A DNA stretch of 61,850 nt from Candidatus Acidiferrum sp. (GTDB lineage: Bacteria; Methylomirabilota; Methylomirabilia; Rokubacteriales; CSP1-6): positions 1 to 61,850 of the forward strand of contig DASQAL010000133.1 in assembly GCA_035635775.1 (NCBI GenBank), in the 5' to 3' direction. Every line of letters begins with the position of its first letter. Within the stretch, counting starts at the first letter, position 1. Positions 1 through 8,498 of the stretch are shown here, piece after piece. A model generated the notes under the pieces. It made no database searches. It was given only the letters and a program-made list of their open reading frames with translations, and had not been told where the DNA came from. A program made the translations under genes and the position numbers.

Positions 1-1259
1 GCCTCCTTCTTGTGGTTGCGGAGCGTGATCTCCCACTCGATCTCGTAGAGGTTGCTGCCGATCCGCTTCCAGTCCTTCTGCACGCGCTCGCCCACCACGT
101 CGAAGGCCTCGCCCATCTTGATCCGCACCCGCTCGTCCTTCGGGGTGTGGTCGATCCAGTCCTCGCCGATGAGCTGCTGGCTCCCCGAGGCGTCCGCCTT
201 GTAGACGCGCACCTTGCCCTTGGGCAGGGGCACGCCGAGGCGGTTCTCCTTGGTGTTCCGGATGTCGAGGTAGACACCCACCTTCTGGTTCGAGATCGGC
301 ACCCCGTACTGGGTGCGGTGGTAGCTGGCGGCCCCGTAGTAGATGAACCGCTTGTCCACCGGGATGTCCGCCGCCGACAGGAGCGTCAGCTGCTTGGTCT
401 GGCTTTCCTTGATGGTGGTGCGCCCGTCGAGGGTATAGAGGTGATACTCGAAGAAGCCCTCCGACTTGAACTCGCGGTCGGCCACCGCGGGGGACGCCGC
501 CTTCGCGGCCATCTCCATCGCCCGCCGCGAGTCGTCCCGGCTCGCGGCCCGGTTGACGTCGCCCGCGACCAGCTTGAGTGCCGCGTCCCGGTAGGTCGCC
601 CCGCTCTGGTTGTTGATGGTGACCCACCCGGTGAGATCGGCACGGGAGTCCGTCGCGTTGATCAGCATCACGTAGTCGGACTTCCAGCTGATACCGCCGG
701 TGAGATAGGAGGCCTCCACGCGCTGGGGCGCCGGACGCGTGTTGCGCAGCAGCCAGGCGAGCGTCGGCTTCGACACCAGGTTCTCGGGCAGCGCGGGCAG
801 CACCACGCTGCCGAAGTGCCCCATGTGGATCTGGCCGTTGATGTCGTAGACCGGGCCCCGCGTGGAGAGCAGGGTGGCCTCCTGGAAGGTGCCGTTGCTC
901 TGGTAGAGCCGCACCTTCCGGCCCACGTACTTCTCCATGAGCTTCTCGCTCGAGAGCAGGTCGTACTCGTAGTTCTGCTCGAGGATCTTGAGTCCGGCCG
1001 GGTCGGTGAGCGAGCGCAGCAGTACGGAGGTGGGGTCGATCTGGGCCGCCACGTCCATGAAGTGGGTCTCGATCAGGCCGGCGTCGAGCCGGACCTCGCG
1101 CACATCTTTCACGAGGCCCAGATTGCCGTTGTAGACCGTGATCATGACGTCGCGCTGCTCGGCGGCGGTGATCTTGACCGGCGCCGCGCCGGCAATCGGG
1201 GCCGCGCCGAGCAGGCCGGCGAGGGTGAATGCGATCAGGCGTTTCGGAAGCGTTCTCAT
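1..1259 (-). CDS. Secreted DUF4139-domain protein (3'-truncated by window edge)
   Basis: Not in the ORF track because it runs off the edge. Translated by hand from ATG 1259 with GGAGG RBS: MRTLPKRLIAFTLAGLLGAAP (signal peptide), TVYNGNLGLVKDVREV, EQNYEYDL, SYLTGGISWKSDY, LTGWVTINNQSG, YHLYTL, PLPKGKVRVY, typical of DUF4139 proteins. Confidence 0.85.
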   Translation of the reverse strand, partial: MRTLPKRLIAFTLAGLLGAAPIAGAAPVKITAAEQRDVMITVYNGNLGLVKDVREVRLDAGLIETHFMDVAAQIDPTSVLLRSLTDPAGLKILEQNYEYDLLSSEKLMEKYVGRKVRLYQSNGTFQEATLLSTRGPVYDINGQIHMGHFGSVVLPALPENLVSKPTLAWLLRNTRPAPQRVEASYLTGGISWKSDYVMLINATDSRADLTGWVTINNQSGATYRDAALKLVAGDVNRAASRDDSRRAMEMAAKAASPAVADREFKSEGFFEYHLYTLDGRTTIKESQTKQLTLLSAADIPVDKRFIYYGAASYHRTQYGVPISNQKVGVYLDIRNTKENRLGVPLPKGKVRVYKADASGSQQLIGEDWIDHTPKDERVRIKMGEAFDVVGERVQKDWKRIGSNLYEIEWEITLRNHKKE

Positions 1260-1297
1260 CGTGGTCCTCCAGGAACCGGATGGTTGTTGCTGTCCGG

Positions 1298-1325
1298 TTA
1301 GACCCGAGGATCGCGGAGAAGTTCC
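1298..1325 (-). promoter_or_regulatory. ECF sigmaE/AlgU-type promoter for the DUF4139 gene
   Basis: Minus strand GGAACTT-N15-GTCTAA (GAACTT-N16-TCTAA), matching the known sigmaE consensus, about 40 nt upstream of the ATG. Confidence 0.75.
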
Positions 1326-1329
1326 GGGG

Positions 1330-2361
1330 CTACTGCAAGCGGAGGATGACGCGGACCTGGGCCGGGAGGTCCGGGCGCTCGGCCTCGACCCGCCAGGGCC
1401 CGATGCGCGCCAGGCTCGCGGAGAACTCCGCGTAGCGCGGCTGCGGAATCACGGCCTCGACCACGGTGGCCTCGTCCTCGTGCCGGCGCTCCGTGACGCT
1501 GCCGCCCACGCGGGCGATGAGCGCGGCGAGCTCGAGCTCCGCGGCGTCGCGATCCTTGACGGCCACCCGGGCCACCACGTCCGCCGGGGGCACGGCCCGC
1601 TTGGCGGCCAGCCTCGCCGACGAGGGGGCCGCGCGCGCCGAGTCCGCGCTGGGCTGGAGCGCCTTCTGGTCCTTCTGGCGGCCCTCGGCCTCGGGGCGGG
1701 CGGCGCCGGCCACGTTCTCGCTCGGCGCGGCCTCCGTCTTGGCCTCGGGCTTGGCTCCGGGCGGAGGCGCCGAGGCGGCCGGTGGCGCGGGGGCACTGGC
1801 GGCGGGTGGGGACGCCGTGATCTGCGGGTTGAGCTCCTGAGATCGGGGCGCATCGGCGCGGGCGCGCTCGTCCGCCGCTCGCGCGGGCGGCTCGGCGGGA
1901 GCCGGGGCGGCCGGGGCCGGCGGCCGTGTGGCGTTGTCCGCGAGCAGCTCCACCGGCTTCTCCTTCACGGGCGCCGCCGGCTCCGGGCGGGGGGCCACCT
2001 CGCGCGCGGCCTGCTGCAGCTCCGGGGTGCGCTCGAACAGATACACCGCGAGCAGCCCGACCATCACGACTGCGGTGGCCTCGAGCGGCAGCTTGATGGA
2101 AAGCGGCAGGAGCACCGCGTCCGCCACGCGCCGGTACCAGGGCCGGGGCCGCGCCGCGGCAACCACCCGGTCCACGAAGCCCACGGGAGCCCGGGCCGGC
2201 TCCACCCGCTGGAGCAACGCGACCGTCCCACGGAGGGCCACGAGCTCGCGCCGACATTCCACGCAGCCCTCCAGGTGGGCGTCGACCAAGCTCCGCTCGT
2301 CCGGGGCGAGCGCCTCGTCGAGATAAGCCGACAGTGATTCGCGCGCGTCTTCGCAGGTCAT
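1330..2361 (-). CDS. Zinc-binding anti-sigma factor (zf-HC2 N-terminus, TM helix, Pro/Ala-rich linker, C-terminal DUF4349/DUF2275-like domain)
   Basis: MTCEDARESLSAYLDEAL...HLEGCVEC (HxxxCxxC); hydrophobic segment ATAVVMVGLLAVYLF; directly downstream of an ECF sigma gene. Confidence 0.85.
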   Translation of the reverse strand: MTCEDARESLSAYLDEALAPDERSLVDAHLEGCVECRRELVALRGTVALLQRVEPARAPVGFVDRVVAAARPRPWYRRVADAVLLPLSIKLPLEATAVVMVGLLAVYLFERTPELQQAAREVAPRPEPAAPVKEKPVELLADNATRPPAPAAPAPAEPPARAADERARADAPRSQELNPQITASPPAASAPAPPAASAPPPGAKPEAKTEAAPSENVAGAARPEAEGRQKDQKALQPSADSARAAPSSARLAAKRAVPPADVVARVAVKDRDAAELELAALIARVGGSVTERRHEDEATVVEAVIPQPRYAEFSASLARIGPWRVEAERPDLPAQVRVILRLQ

Positions 2362-2368
2362 GGGCACG

Positions 2369-2929
2369 TCATGGCAGGAATCGCTCCAGCTTCTCCTTCA
2401 GTTCCGACCGGGCCCGGTGCAGGCGGGATCGAACCGTTCCGAGCTCCAGCTCCAGCACCTGCGCGATCTCCTCGTACGAGAGGCCTTCGATGTCGCGCAG
2501 CACCACCACGATGCGCCGGTCCTCCGGCAGCTCGGCGATGGCCCGCCCGAGCGCCGTCTCGAGCTCGCGGCGCTCCAGCGCCGCGTCCGGGCGCGGGCCC
2601 GCGTCCGACAGCCGCAGCAGCGCGTGCTCACCCTGCCGCGCCATGCGCCGCTCACCGGAGGCGAGCCGGTTCAGGCAGAGGCGCGACGTGATCGCGTAGA
2701 GCCAGGTCGAGAGCTTGGCGTCGCCGCGAAAGGCGCCGAGCGCGCGATGGGCGCGGACGAAGGCCTCCTGCGCCACGTCCTCCGCCTCGGCCCGGTTGCC
2801 CAGCATGCGAAGGGCCACCCCGAACACGCGATGCTGGTACGTCATCACCAGCTCCTCGAAGGCGGGGGCGTCGCCGGCGCGAAGCCGGTCCAGGAAGCGC
2901 GGCGCGTCGCCTGCCTCCGCCTCTCGCAC
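2369..2929 (-). CDS. ECF RNA polymerase sigma-70 factor (RpoE-like); start codon uncertain
   Basis: Region 2 AEDVAQEAFVRA...FRGDAKLSTWLYAIT and region 4 LRDIEGLSYEEIAQVLELELGTVRSRLHRAR. GTG 2929 chosen from the 3' part of ORF 2369..3958. Confidence 0.9.
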   Translation of the reverse strand: MREAEAGDAPRFLDRLRAGDAPAFEELVMTYQHRVFGVALRMLGNRAEAEDVAQEAFVRAHRALGAFRGDAKLSTWLYAITSRLCLNRLASGERRMARQGEHALLRLSDAGPRPDAALERRELETALGRAIAELPEDRRIVVVLRDIEGLSYEEIAQVLELELGTVRSRLHRARSELKEKLERFLP

Positions 2930-2931
2930 GG

Positions 2932-2959
2932 TAAGACCATACCGCGGCCCGGAAGTTCC
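2932..2959 (-). promoter_or_regulatory. Autoregulatory sigmaE-type promoter of the ECF sigma gene
   Basis: Minus strand GGAACTT-N15-GTCTTA, same architecture as the site at 1298-1325. Confidence 0.7.
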
Positions 2960-3026
2960 CGCGCGCAAAAGCGGCAGCCGCCGGCGGAGGCCGGGCCCCG
3001 GCCCGCATGGTAGACTTCGCGACGTC

Positions 3027-4010
3027 ATGGACAAGCGCGAGCGCGTGCTGGCCGCCCTCGGCCGCAAGCCGGTGGATCGCCCGCCGGTCTCGTTCTGGCG
3101 CCACGTCCCCGACGTGGACCACACCGCTCGCGGGCTCGCGGAGGCCATGCTGGCCTTCCAGCGGCGCTGGGACCTCGACTTCGTCAAGGTGATGTCGAGC
3201 GGCGTGTACTGCGTGGAGGACTGGGGGTGCGCGGTCGCGTACCAGGGCTCGCCCAACGGGGCCAAGCAGTGCACGAAGCACGCGGTGCAGAACCGGGGCC
3301 ACTGGGCGCGAATCCGCGCGCTCGACCCGGGGGCGGGGGCCCTCGGCCGCGAGCTCGAGGCGGTACGCCTGATCGCCCGCGGCCGCGCCGACGACGCGCC
3401 GATCCTGCACACGCTCTTCTCGCCGCTCACGGTGGCCCGCAAGCTGGCGGGCGATCGCCTCGTCGAGGATCTGCGGCAGGAGCCCGCGGCGGTCGAGCCC
3501 GCGCTCGACGCCATCACCGACACCATGGCGCGCCACGCGCGCGCCGCGCTCGAGGCCGGCGCGGACGGGCTCTTCTTCGCCACCCAGACCGCCGCGCCGG
3601 ACGTGGTGACGCCCGCGGAGAGCGCGCGCTTCGACCTGCCGCGCATGCGCCGCATGCTGGACGCGGTGGCCGGGCGCTCCGCGTTCACGCTGCTCCACCT
3701 CCACGGCCGCGACATCTTCTTCGACCAGGCGGCCGCGCTGCCGGTGCACGCGGTGAACTGGCACGACCGGCTCACCGCTCCGCGGCTCGGCGACGCCCAC
3801 CGGCGCTTCGCGGGCGCGCTCGTGGGCGGGCTCAGCGAGGGCCGGACGCTCTTGAACGGGCCGGCCGAGGCGGTGGCCGCGGAGGTCCGCGACGCGCTCG
3901 CCCAGACGGGCGGGCTGGGGGTGATGATCGGGCCCGGCTGCGTGCTGCCGCTGGCCACGCCCGACGCCCACCTCGCCGCGGTGGTGGCCGCCGTGAAGGC
4001 CGCGGCTTGA
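3027..4010 (+). CDS. Uroporphyrinogen decarboxylase-like / MtaA-CmuA superfamily protein
   Basis: MDKRERVLAALGRKPVDRPPVSFWRH, TLFSPLTVA, GADGLFFA, LHLHG, NWHD, IGPGCVLP. It lacks the HemE RQAGR motif. ATG 3027 follows a TG-n-TAGACT -10 element. Confidence 0.75.
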   Translation: MDKRERVLAALGRKPVDRPPVSFWRHVPDVDHTARGLAEAMLAFQRRWDLDFVKVMSSGVYCVEDWGCAVAYQGSPNGAKQCTKHAVQNRGHWARIRALDPGAGALGRELEAVRLIARGRADDAPILHTLFSPLTVARKLAGDRLVEDLRQEPAAVEPALDAITDTMARHARAALEAGADGLFFATQTAAPDVVTPAESARFDLPRMRRMLDAVAGRSAFTLLHLHGRDIFFDQAAALPVHAVNWHDRLTAPRLGDAHRRFAGALVGGLSEGRTLLNGPAEAVAAEVRDALAQTGGLGVMIGPGCVLPLATPDAHLAAVVAAVKAAA

Positions 4011-4027
4011 GGAGATTCCTGATCACG

Positions 4028-5527
4028 ATGCGCGCGCTGCTCCGCCTGGGCGCGATCTGCCTGCTGGTCGTGAGCGTGGGGCCAGGTCCGGCTGTCGCCC
4101 AGTCACCAGGCGAGCTCCGCGTGGCCCTGCCGTGGACGCCCGAGAACCTCGACCCGACGATGAACCTCTCGTCCATCCGGGCCAAGGTGGGCGTGAGCAT
4201 CTTCGACTCCCTGGTGGGACGCGACACCGAGAACCGCATCGTGCCGCAGCTGGCCGAGTCGTGGAAGGCGCTCGACGACCTGACGCTCCAGCTCAAGTTG
4301 CGCCGCGGGGTCGTCTTCCACAACGGCGAGCCCTTCAACGCCGACGCGGTCCGCTTCACCTTCGAGCGGGTGCTCGACCCGAACCAGAAGTCGCCCAATC
4401 GCGCGAACGTGGGTGAGGTGGCGCGGGTGGAGGTGGTGGACGACCACACGGTCAATCTGGTGCTGCGGCAGCCCTACGCGCCGCTGCTGAACCGGCTCAT
4501 CGACTTCCCGATGGTGCCGCCGAAGTACACCAGCGAGAAGGGTAACCAGGGCCTGGCCCTCCGCCCGGTAGGCACCGGGCCCTTCAAGTTCGTGGAGCTG
4601 GTCAAGGACGACCACATGATCGTCGAGGCCTTCGACCGGCACTGGCGGGGCGCCCCGAAGATCCGGCGCATCGTCTACAAGCCGATTCCGGAGCCCTTCA
4701 CCCGGGCGGCCGCCCTCCGCAACAACGAGGTGGACCTGATCGAAACGCTGCCGCCCAACCTGGCCGTCGAGCTCGAGCGGGCCGGAGGCATCCGGGTGCA
4801 GCGCGTGCCGAGCACGTGGATCATCTATCTCGGACTCAACGCCTTCAAGAAGCCGCTCTCCGACGTGCGGGTGCGGCAGGCGCTCAACTACGCGACGGAC
4901 GCGGACGCGCTCGTCCGGAGCGTGCTGGATGGCAACGGCCGGCGGATGGACGGGCCGTTCACCCCGCACATGTTCGGCTTCGATGCGTCGGTGAAGGGCT
5001 ACAGCCCCGATCCCGCCCGAGCCCGACGGCTCCTCGCGGAAGCCGGCTACCCCGACGGGCTCGAGATCACGCTGGAGGCGCCCGCGGGCCGCTACCAGGG
5101 CGACAAGGAGATCGCGGAGGCGCTCGGCGGGCAGTGGCAGAGGGCGGGCTTCAAGCCGCGCGTGCAGGTCGCGGAGTGGGGCGGCTACTTCAAGCGCTAT
5201 CTCGGCAAGCAGTTCCAGGACGCCTACCTGCTCGGGCTCGGCGGGCCGATGCAGGACGGCGACGAGCTGTACAACCTGGTCTCGTCGAAGGGCCGCGGCC
5301 TGTACTACAAGAACGAGAAGGTGGACGCGCTCTTCGACGCGGGCCGGTCCACCATGGACCCTGCCAAGCGCAAGAGGATCTACGCCGATCTGGCGCGCGC
5401 GATGGTCGAGGACGCCACGTGGGTTTTTCTCATGCAGCAGGTGGACATCTACGCCACGCGCGACCGCGTGACGTGGACGCCGCGCGGTGACCAGTGGATG
5501 CTGCTCCACGAGGCGACCCTCAAGTAG
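4028..5527 (+). CDS. ABC transporter substrate-binding protein, family 5 (peptide/nickel type)
   Basis: Signal peptide; LDP, FDSLV, PQLAESW, LRRGVVFHNGEPFNADAVRFT, GTGPFKF, DVRVRQALNYA; GAGGAG RBS upstream. Confidence 0.9.
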   Translation: MRALLRLGAICLLVVSVGPGPAVAQSPGELRVALPWTPENLDPTMNLSSIRAKVGVSIFDSLVGRDTENRIVPQLAESWKALDDLTLQLKLRRGVVFHNGEPFNADAVRFTFERVLDPNQKSPNRANVGEVARVEVVDDHTVNLVLRQPYAPLLNRLIDFPMVPPKYTSEKGNQGLALRPVGTGPFKFVELVKDDHMIVEAFDRHWRGAPKIRRIVYKPIPEPFTRAAALRNNEVDLIETLPPNLAVELERAGGIRVQRVPSTWIIYLGLNAFKKPLSDVRVRQALNYATDADALVRSVLDGNGRRMDGPFTPHMFGFDASVKGYSPDPARARRLLAEAGYPDGLEITLEAPAGRYQGDKEIAEALGGQWQRAGFKPRVQVAEWGGYFKRYLGKQFQDAYLLGLGGPMQDGDELYNLVSSKGRGLYYKNEKVDALFDAGRSTMDPAKRKRIYADLARAMVEDATWVFLMQQVDIYATRDRVTWTPRGDQWMLLHEATLK

Positions 5528-5611
5528 GGACCCGGCCGCCGCTGCTCACTGCGGAGGCAGTTCGCTCCTAGTGCGCGAAATCTCGTGACACCCGGTGTCT
5601 GACCCACCGGG

Positions 5612-6004
5612 TTATCCACCACCGACCCACTGAAATTGTGGACTGCTGACGACGGCTGCCTTGGGCTCTCCCTCTCCCCGCACAATTAGGTTGAGCCTGA
5701 CGGTAAAACAATTGCCCAATGTTGGCCTCTCCCCCGTAGCGCCACGCGCAAACTTGCCCCGAGACGTCTTGCTCCTGATGGGCGGCGAGCCGGAGCCCGC
5801 GACGGGGGGCGGGTCAGCCCGCTCATCGAGCGTGCGCTCGCACCAGCACACGTGCTCACCCTGGTGCGCCGGCTCCAGCCGGCAGCGGTGGCGCCGCTTG
5901 TCGAGGACCTGCTCGGCCCCACAGCGCGTTCCGAGCACCAGGGCGTCGGCGGGTACGCGACGGCACCAGTCGGCCTCGAAGATTCGCGCGCGATCCACGC
6001 CCAT
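5612..6004 (-). CDS. Putative small Cys/His-rich (zinc-binding) protein; only the first ~60-75 codons look coding
   Basis: MGVDRARIFEADWC...CGAEQVLDKRRHRCRLEPAHQGEHVCWC; third codon positions are strongly GC-biased in the N-terminal part and not in the tail. Confidence 0.45.
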   Translation of the reverse strand: MGVDRARIFEADWCRRVPADALVLGTRCGAEQVLDKRRHRCRLEPAHQGEHVCWCERTLDERADPPPVAGSGSPPIRSKTSRGKFARGATGERPTLGNCFTVRLNLIVRGEGEPKAAVVSSPQFQWVGGG

Positions 6005-6117
6005 CGGGTGATCGGGCCACATCGCCGCTGAGGGTACCGGCTGGACAGTTACGCGGCGGTTAAGTTGTCCCGTCGATCCGATGATGGCCGCGGCGGCAGG
6101 TGGGCGCGGGAGCGCTG

Positions 6118-6126
6118 TGCTAATAT
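6118..6126 (+). promoter_or_regulatory. Extended -10 element for the rlmN operon
   Basis: TG-c-TAATAT, ending 6 nt before an in-frame GTG (6133) and 12 nt before ATG (6139). Confidence 0.55.
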
Positions 6127-6138
6127 CCGACGGTGCCT

Positions 6139-7176
6139 ATGTCCTCGACGAATCTACTCGATCTGTCACCCGCCGAGATGGAAGCCCTCGCCGAGAGCCT
6201 CGGGGCTCCACCCTACCGGGGCCGCCAGCTCGCGCAGTGGATCTTCGTCAAGGGCGTGACCGATCTGGCCGCCATGTCCGACCTGCCCAAGGACTTCCGC
6301 GCCGCCCTGGCCGCGCGGGTGAGCGTGGAGCTGCCCGAGGTCGAGCGGCGCACCCCGTCGCAGGACGGTAGCCAGAAGCTCGTGCTCCGCTACGGCGACG
6401 GCGCGCGCGTCCAGGCGGTGCTGATGCCGGACGGCGATCGGCTCACGCTCTGCGTCTCCACCCAGGTCGGCTGCGGCTTCGGCTGCGCCTTCTGCTACAC
6501 GGGAACCATGGGGCTCGAGCGCAACCTGAGCGCCGGTGAGATCGTGGCCCAGGTGATGGTGGCCCGCGAGGGGCTGGCCGCGGGCCTCCGAATCACCCAC
6601 ATCGTCTACATGGGCATGGGCGAGCCCCTCGCCAACTACACGGCCACCGTGAAGTCGCTCCGCCTCCTGACCGACCCGCAGGCCTTCGCGTTCGCGCCCC
6701 GCCGCATCACGGTCTCTACGGTGGGGCTGGTGAGCGGCATCGAGCGGCTCGCCAAGGAGAACCTCCGGGTCAACCTGGCCGTTTCGCTCCACGCCACCAG
6801 CAACGAGATCCGCGATCGGATCATGCCGGTCAATCGCGGCTTCGCGATCGAGGAGCTGCTCGCCGCCTGCCGCCGCTTCCCCCTGCCGTTCCGCCAGCGC
6901 ATGACCTTCGAGTACGTGCTGCTCGAGGGCATCAACGACTCGGCCGAGGACGCGCGGCGCCTCGTCAAGCTGCTGAAGGGCATCCGCGGCAAGATCAACC
7001 TGATCCCGTTCAACGACTGGGAGGGCTCGAGCTTCGCGCGGCCGCCGCTGGCGCGGATCCTCGATTTCCAGACCGTGCTGCTCGAGCACGGCATCCGGGC
7101 GACCGTCCGGTGGAGCAAGGGCGAGGATATCGGCGCCGCCTGCGGTCAGCTCCGCGAGGCCGCGGTCCCCGCATGA
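6139..7176 (+). CDS. rlmN: Dual-specificity 23S rRNA/tRNA methyltransferase RlmN (radical SAM)
   Basis: CVSTQVGCGFGCAFC, MGMGEPL, SLHA, YVLLEGINDS, NLIPFN, DIGAACGQL. Alternative start is GTG 6133. Confidence 0.95.
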   Translation: MSSTNLLDLSPAEMEALAESLGAPPYRGRQLAQWIFVKGVTDLAAMSDLPKDFRAALAARVSVELPEVERRTPSQDGSQKLVLRYGDGARVQAVLMPDGDRLTLCVSTQVGCGFGCAFCYTGTMGLERNLSAGEIVAQVMVAREGLAAGLRITHIVYMGMGEPLANYTATVKSLRLLTDPQAFAFAPRRITVSTVGLVSGIERLAKENLRVNLAVSLHATSNEIRDRIMPVNRGFAIEELLAACRRFPLPFRQRMTFEYVLLEGINDSAEDARRLVKLLKGIRGKINLIPFNDWEGSSFARPPLARILDFQTVLLEHGIRATVRWSKGEDIGAACGQLREAAVPA

Positions 7177-8498
7177 GCGCGCCGGTGACGGTGGCGCTGG
7201 CCACCCTCGGCTGCCGCCTCAACCAGGTCGAGTCCCAGGAGATCGGCGCGCTGCTGGAAGGCCGCGGCTTCCGGGTGGTGGACCCCGGGGCCCACGCTCA
7301 GGTGTACGTGATCAACACCTGCACCGTCACCGGCCGCGCGGATTTCTCCGATCGCCAGCTCATCCGCCGCATCGCCCGCGAGAACCCGGAGGCCTATCTG
7401 GTCGTGACCGGCTGCTACGCCCAGACCGACCCGGAGGCGGCCGCCGTGATCGCCGGGGTGGACCTGGTGGTGGGCAATCAGGAGAAGTACCGCCTGCCCG
7501 AGCTGCTCGGCTCGCTGACCAAGCGGGCACGGCCCGCGGTGGCGGTGGGAGATATCGGGGCCGCCCGCGAGGTCCCGATCGCGCCCTTCGCACGGATGGC
7601 GGGCCGCTCGCGCGCCTTCGTGAAGATCCAGGACGGCTGCCAGCACCGCTGCGCCTTCTGCATCGTGCCGGCCGCGCGCGGGCGGAGCCGGAGCCAGGAG
7701 CCCAAGGTCGTGCTCGACCAGGTGCGCGCCCTCGCGGCCGCCGGCCACCTCGACGTCACGCTCACCGGGGTGGACATCGGCCACTACGGCTGGGATCTCT
7801 ACCCGCGCACCACGCTGGCCGCCCTCCTCCGGGAGCTCGCGGAGGTGGAAGGCCTCCGGTGGCTGCGCCTCTCCTCGGTGCTCCCCTCCTACTTCACGCC
7901 CGAGCTGGTCGACGCGGTGACGACGCTGCCGATGATGGCGCCCCATCTTCACCTGCCGCTGCAGAGCGGCAGCGACCGCGTGCTGCGCCTGATGCGGCGG
8001 CCCTACCACACCGGCATGTACCGGGCCCTCGTGGACCGGCTGGCCTCGGCGGTGCCCGGACTGGGCCTCGGCGCCGACGTCATCGTGGGACACCCGGGCG
8101 AGACCGCGGAAGACTTCGACGCGACGATGCGCTTCGTCGAGGCACTCCCGTTCTCGTCGCTCCACGTCTTCTCCTATTCGGACCGGAAGGGGACCGAGGC
8201 GGCACGCCGGCCCGATCACGTGGCGGGGCCGGTAATCCGCGAGCGGAGCCGGCGACTGCGCCGGCTCGGCGCCGAGAAGAGCCTGGCCTTCCGCCGCGGG
8301 CTGGTCGGCCGCCGGCGCGAGGCGGTGGTGCTGGACGCGCGCGATCGGCGGACCGGGCTGCTCGCCGGCCTCACCGACAACTACGTCGAGGTACTCTTCG
8401 ACGGCCCCGACACGCTCGGCCGCCGGGTCGTGCCGCTCACGATCACGGAGGCCCGCGCGGACCGCACCCACGGGCAGCTCGAGGAGATCGGTGCATGA
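7173..8498 (+). CDS. mtaB: tRNA t6A37 methylthiotransferase MtaB
   Basis: TLGCRLNQVES, NTCTVT, TGCYAQ, KIQDGCQHRCAFC, HLPLQSGS, C-terminal TRAM-like region; ATGA overlap with rlmN. Confidence 0.9.
   Translation: MSAPVTVALATLGCRLNQVESQEIGALLEGRGFRVVDPGAHAQVYVINTCTVTGRADFSDRQLIRRIARENPEAYLVVTGCYAQTDPEAAAVIAGVDLVVGNQEKYRLPELLGSLTKRARPAVAVGDIGAAREVPIAPFARMAGRSRAFVKIQDGCQHRCAFCIVPAARGRSRSQEPKVVLDQVRALAAAGHLDVTLTGVDIGHYGWDLYPRTTLAALLRELAEVEGLRWLRLSSVLPSYFTPELVDAVTTLPMMAPHLHLPLQSGSDRVLRLMRRPYHTGMYRALVDRLASAVPGLGLGADVIVGHPGETAEDFDATMRFVEALPFSSLHVFSYSDRKGTEAARRPDHVAGPVIRERSRRLRRLGAEKSLAFRRGLVGRRREAVVLDARDRRTGLLAGLTDNYVEVLFDGPDTLGRRVVPLTITEARADRTHGQLEEIGA

Noticed and set aside
12-1301. Long plus-strand 429-aa ORF, and many similar long overlapping ORFs (e.g. 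9309-11123, 23371-25908, 39780-42227, 48494-51190)
   Set aside because: Antisense or off-frame shadows of real genes, expected at about 70% GC; no motifs and biased Arg/Gly/Pro or His/Val/Leu composition.
3027-4010. Canonical hemE
   Set aside because: Lacks the RQAGR motif and any haem-pathway context, so no gene symbol was given.
5612-5645. Replication origin (TTATCCACC resembles a DnaA box)
   Set aside because: Only one 8/9 match; neighbouring candidates have three or more mismatches; no box cluster, unwinding element or dnaA/dnaN nearby.
5700-5765. c-di-GMP-I riboswitch (GGTAAAAC...GCAAAC)
   Set aside because: P2 stem, GNRA loop and GGGACGCAAA junction cannot be built, and no downstream gene start is positioned to be regulated.
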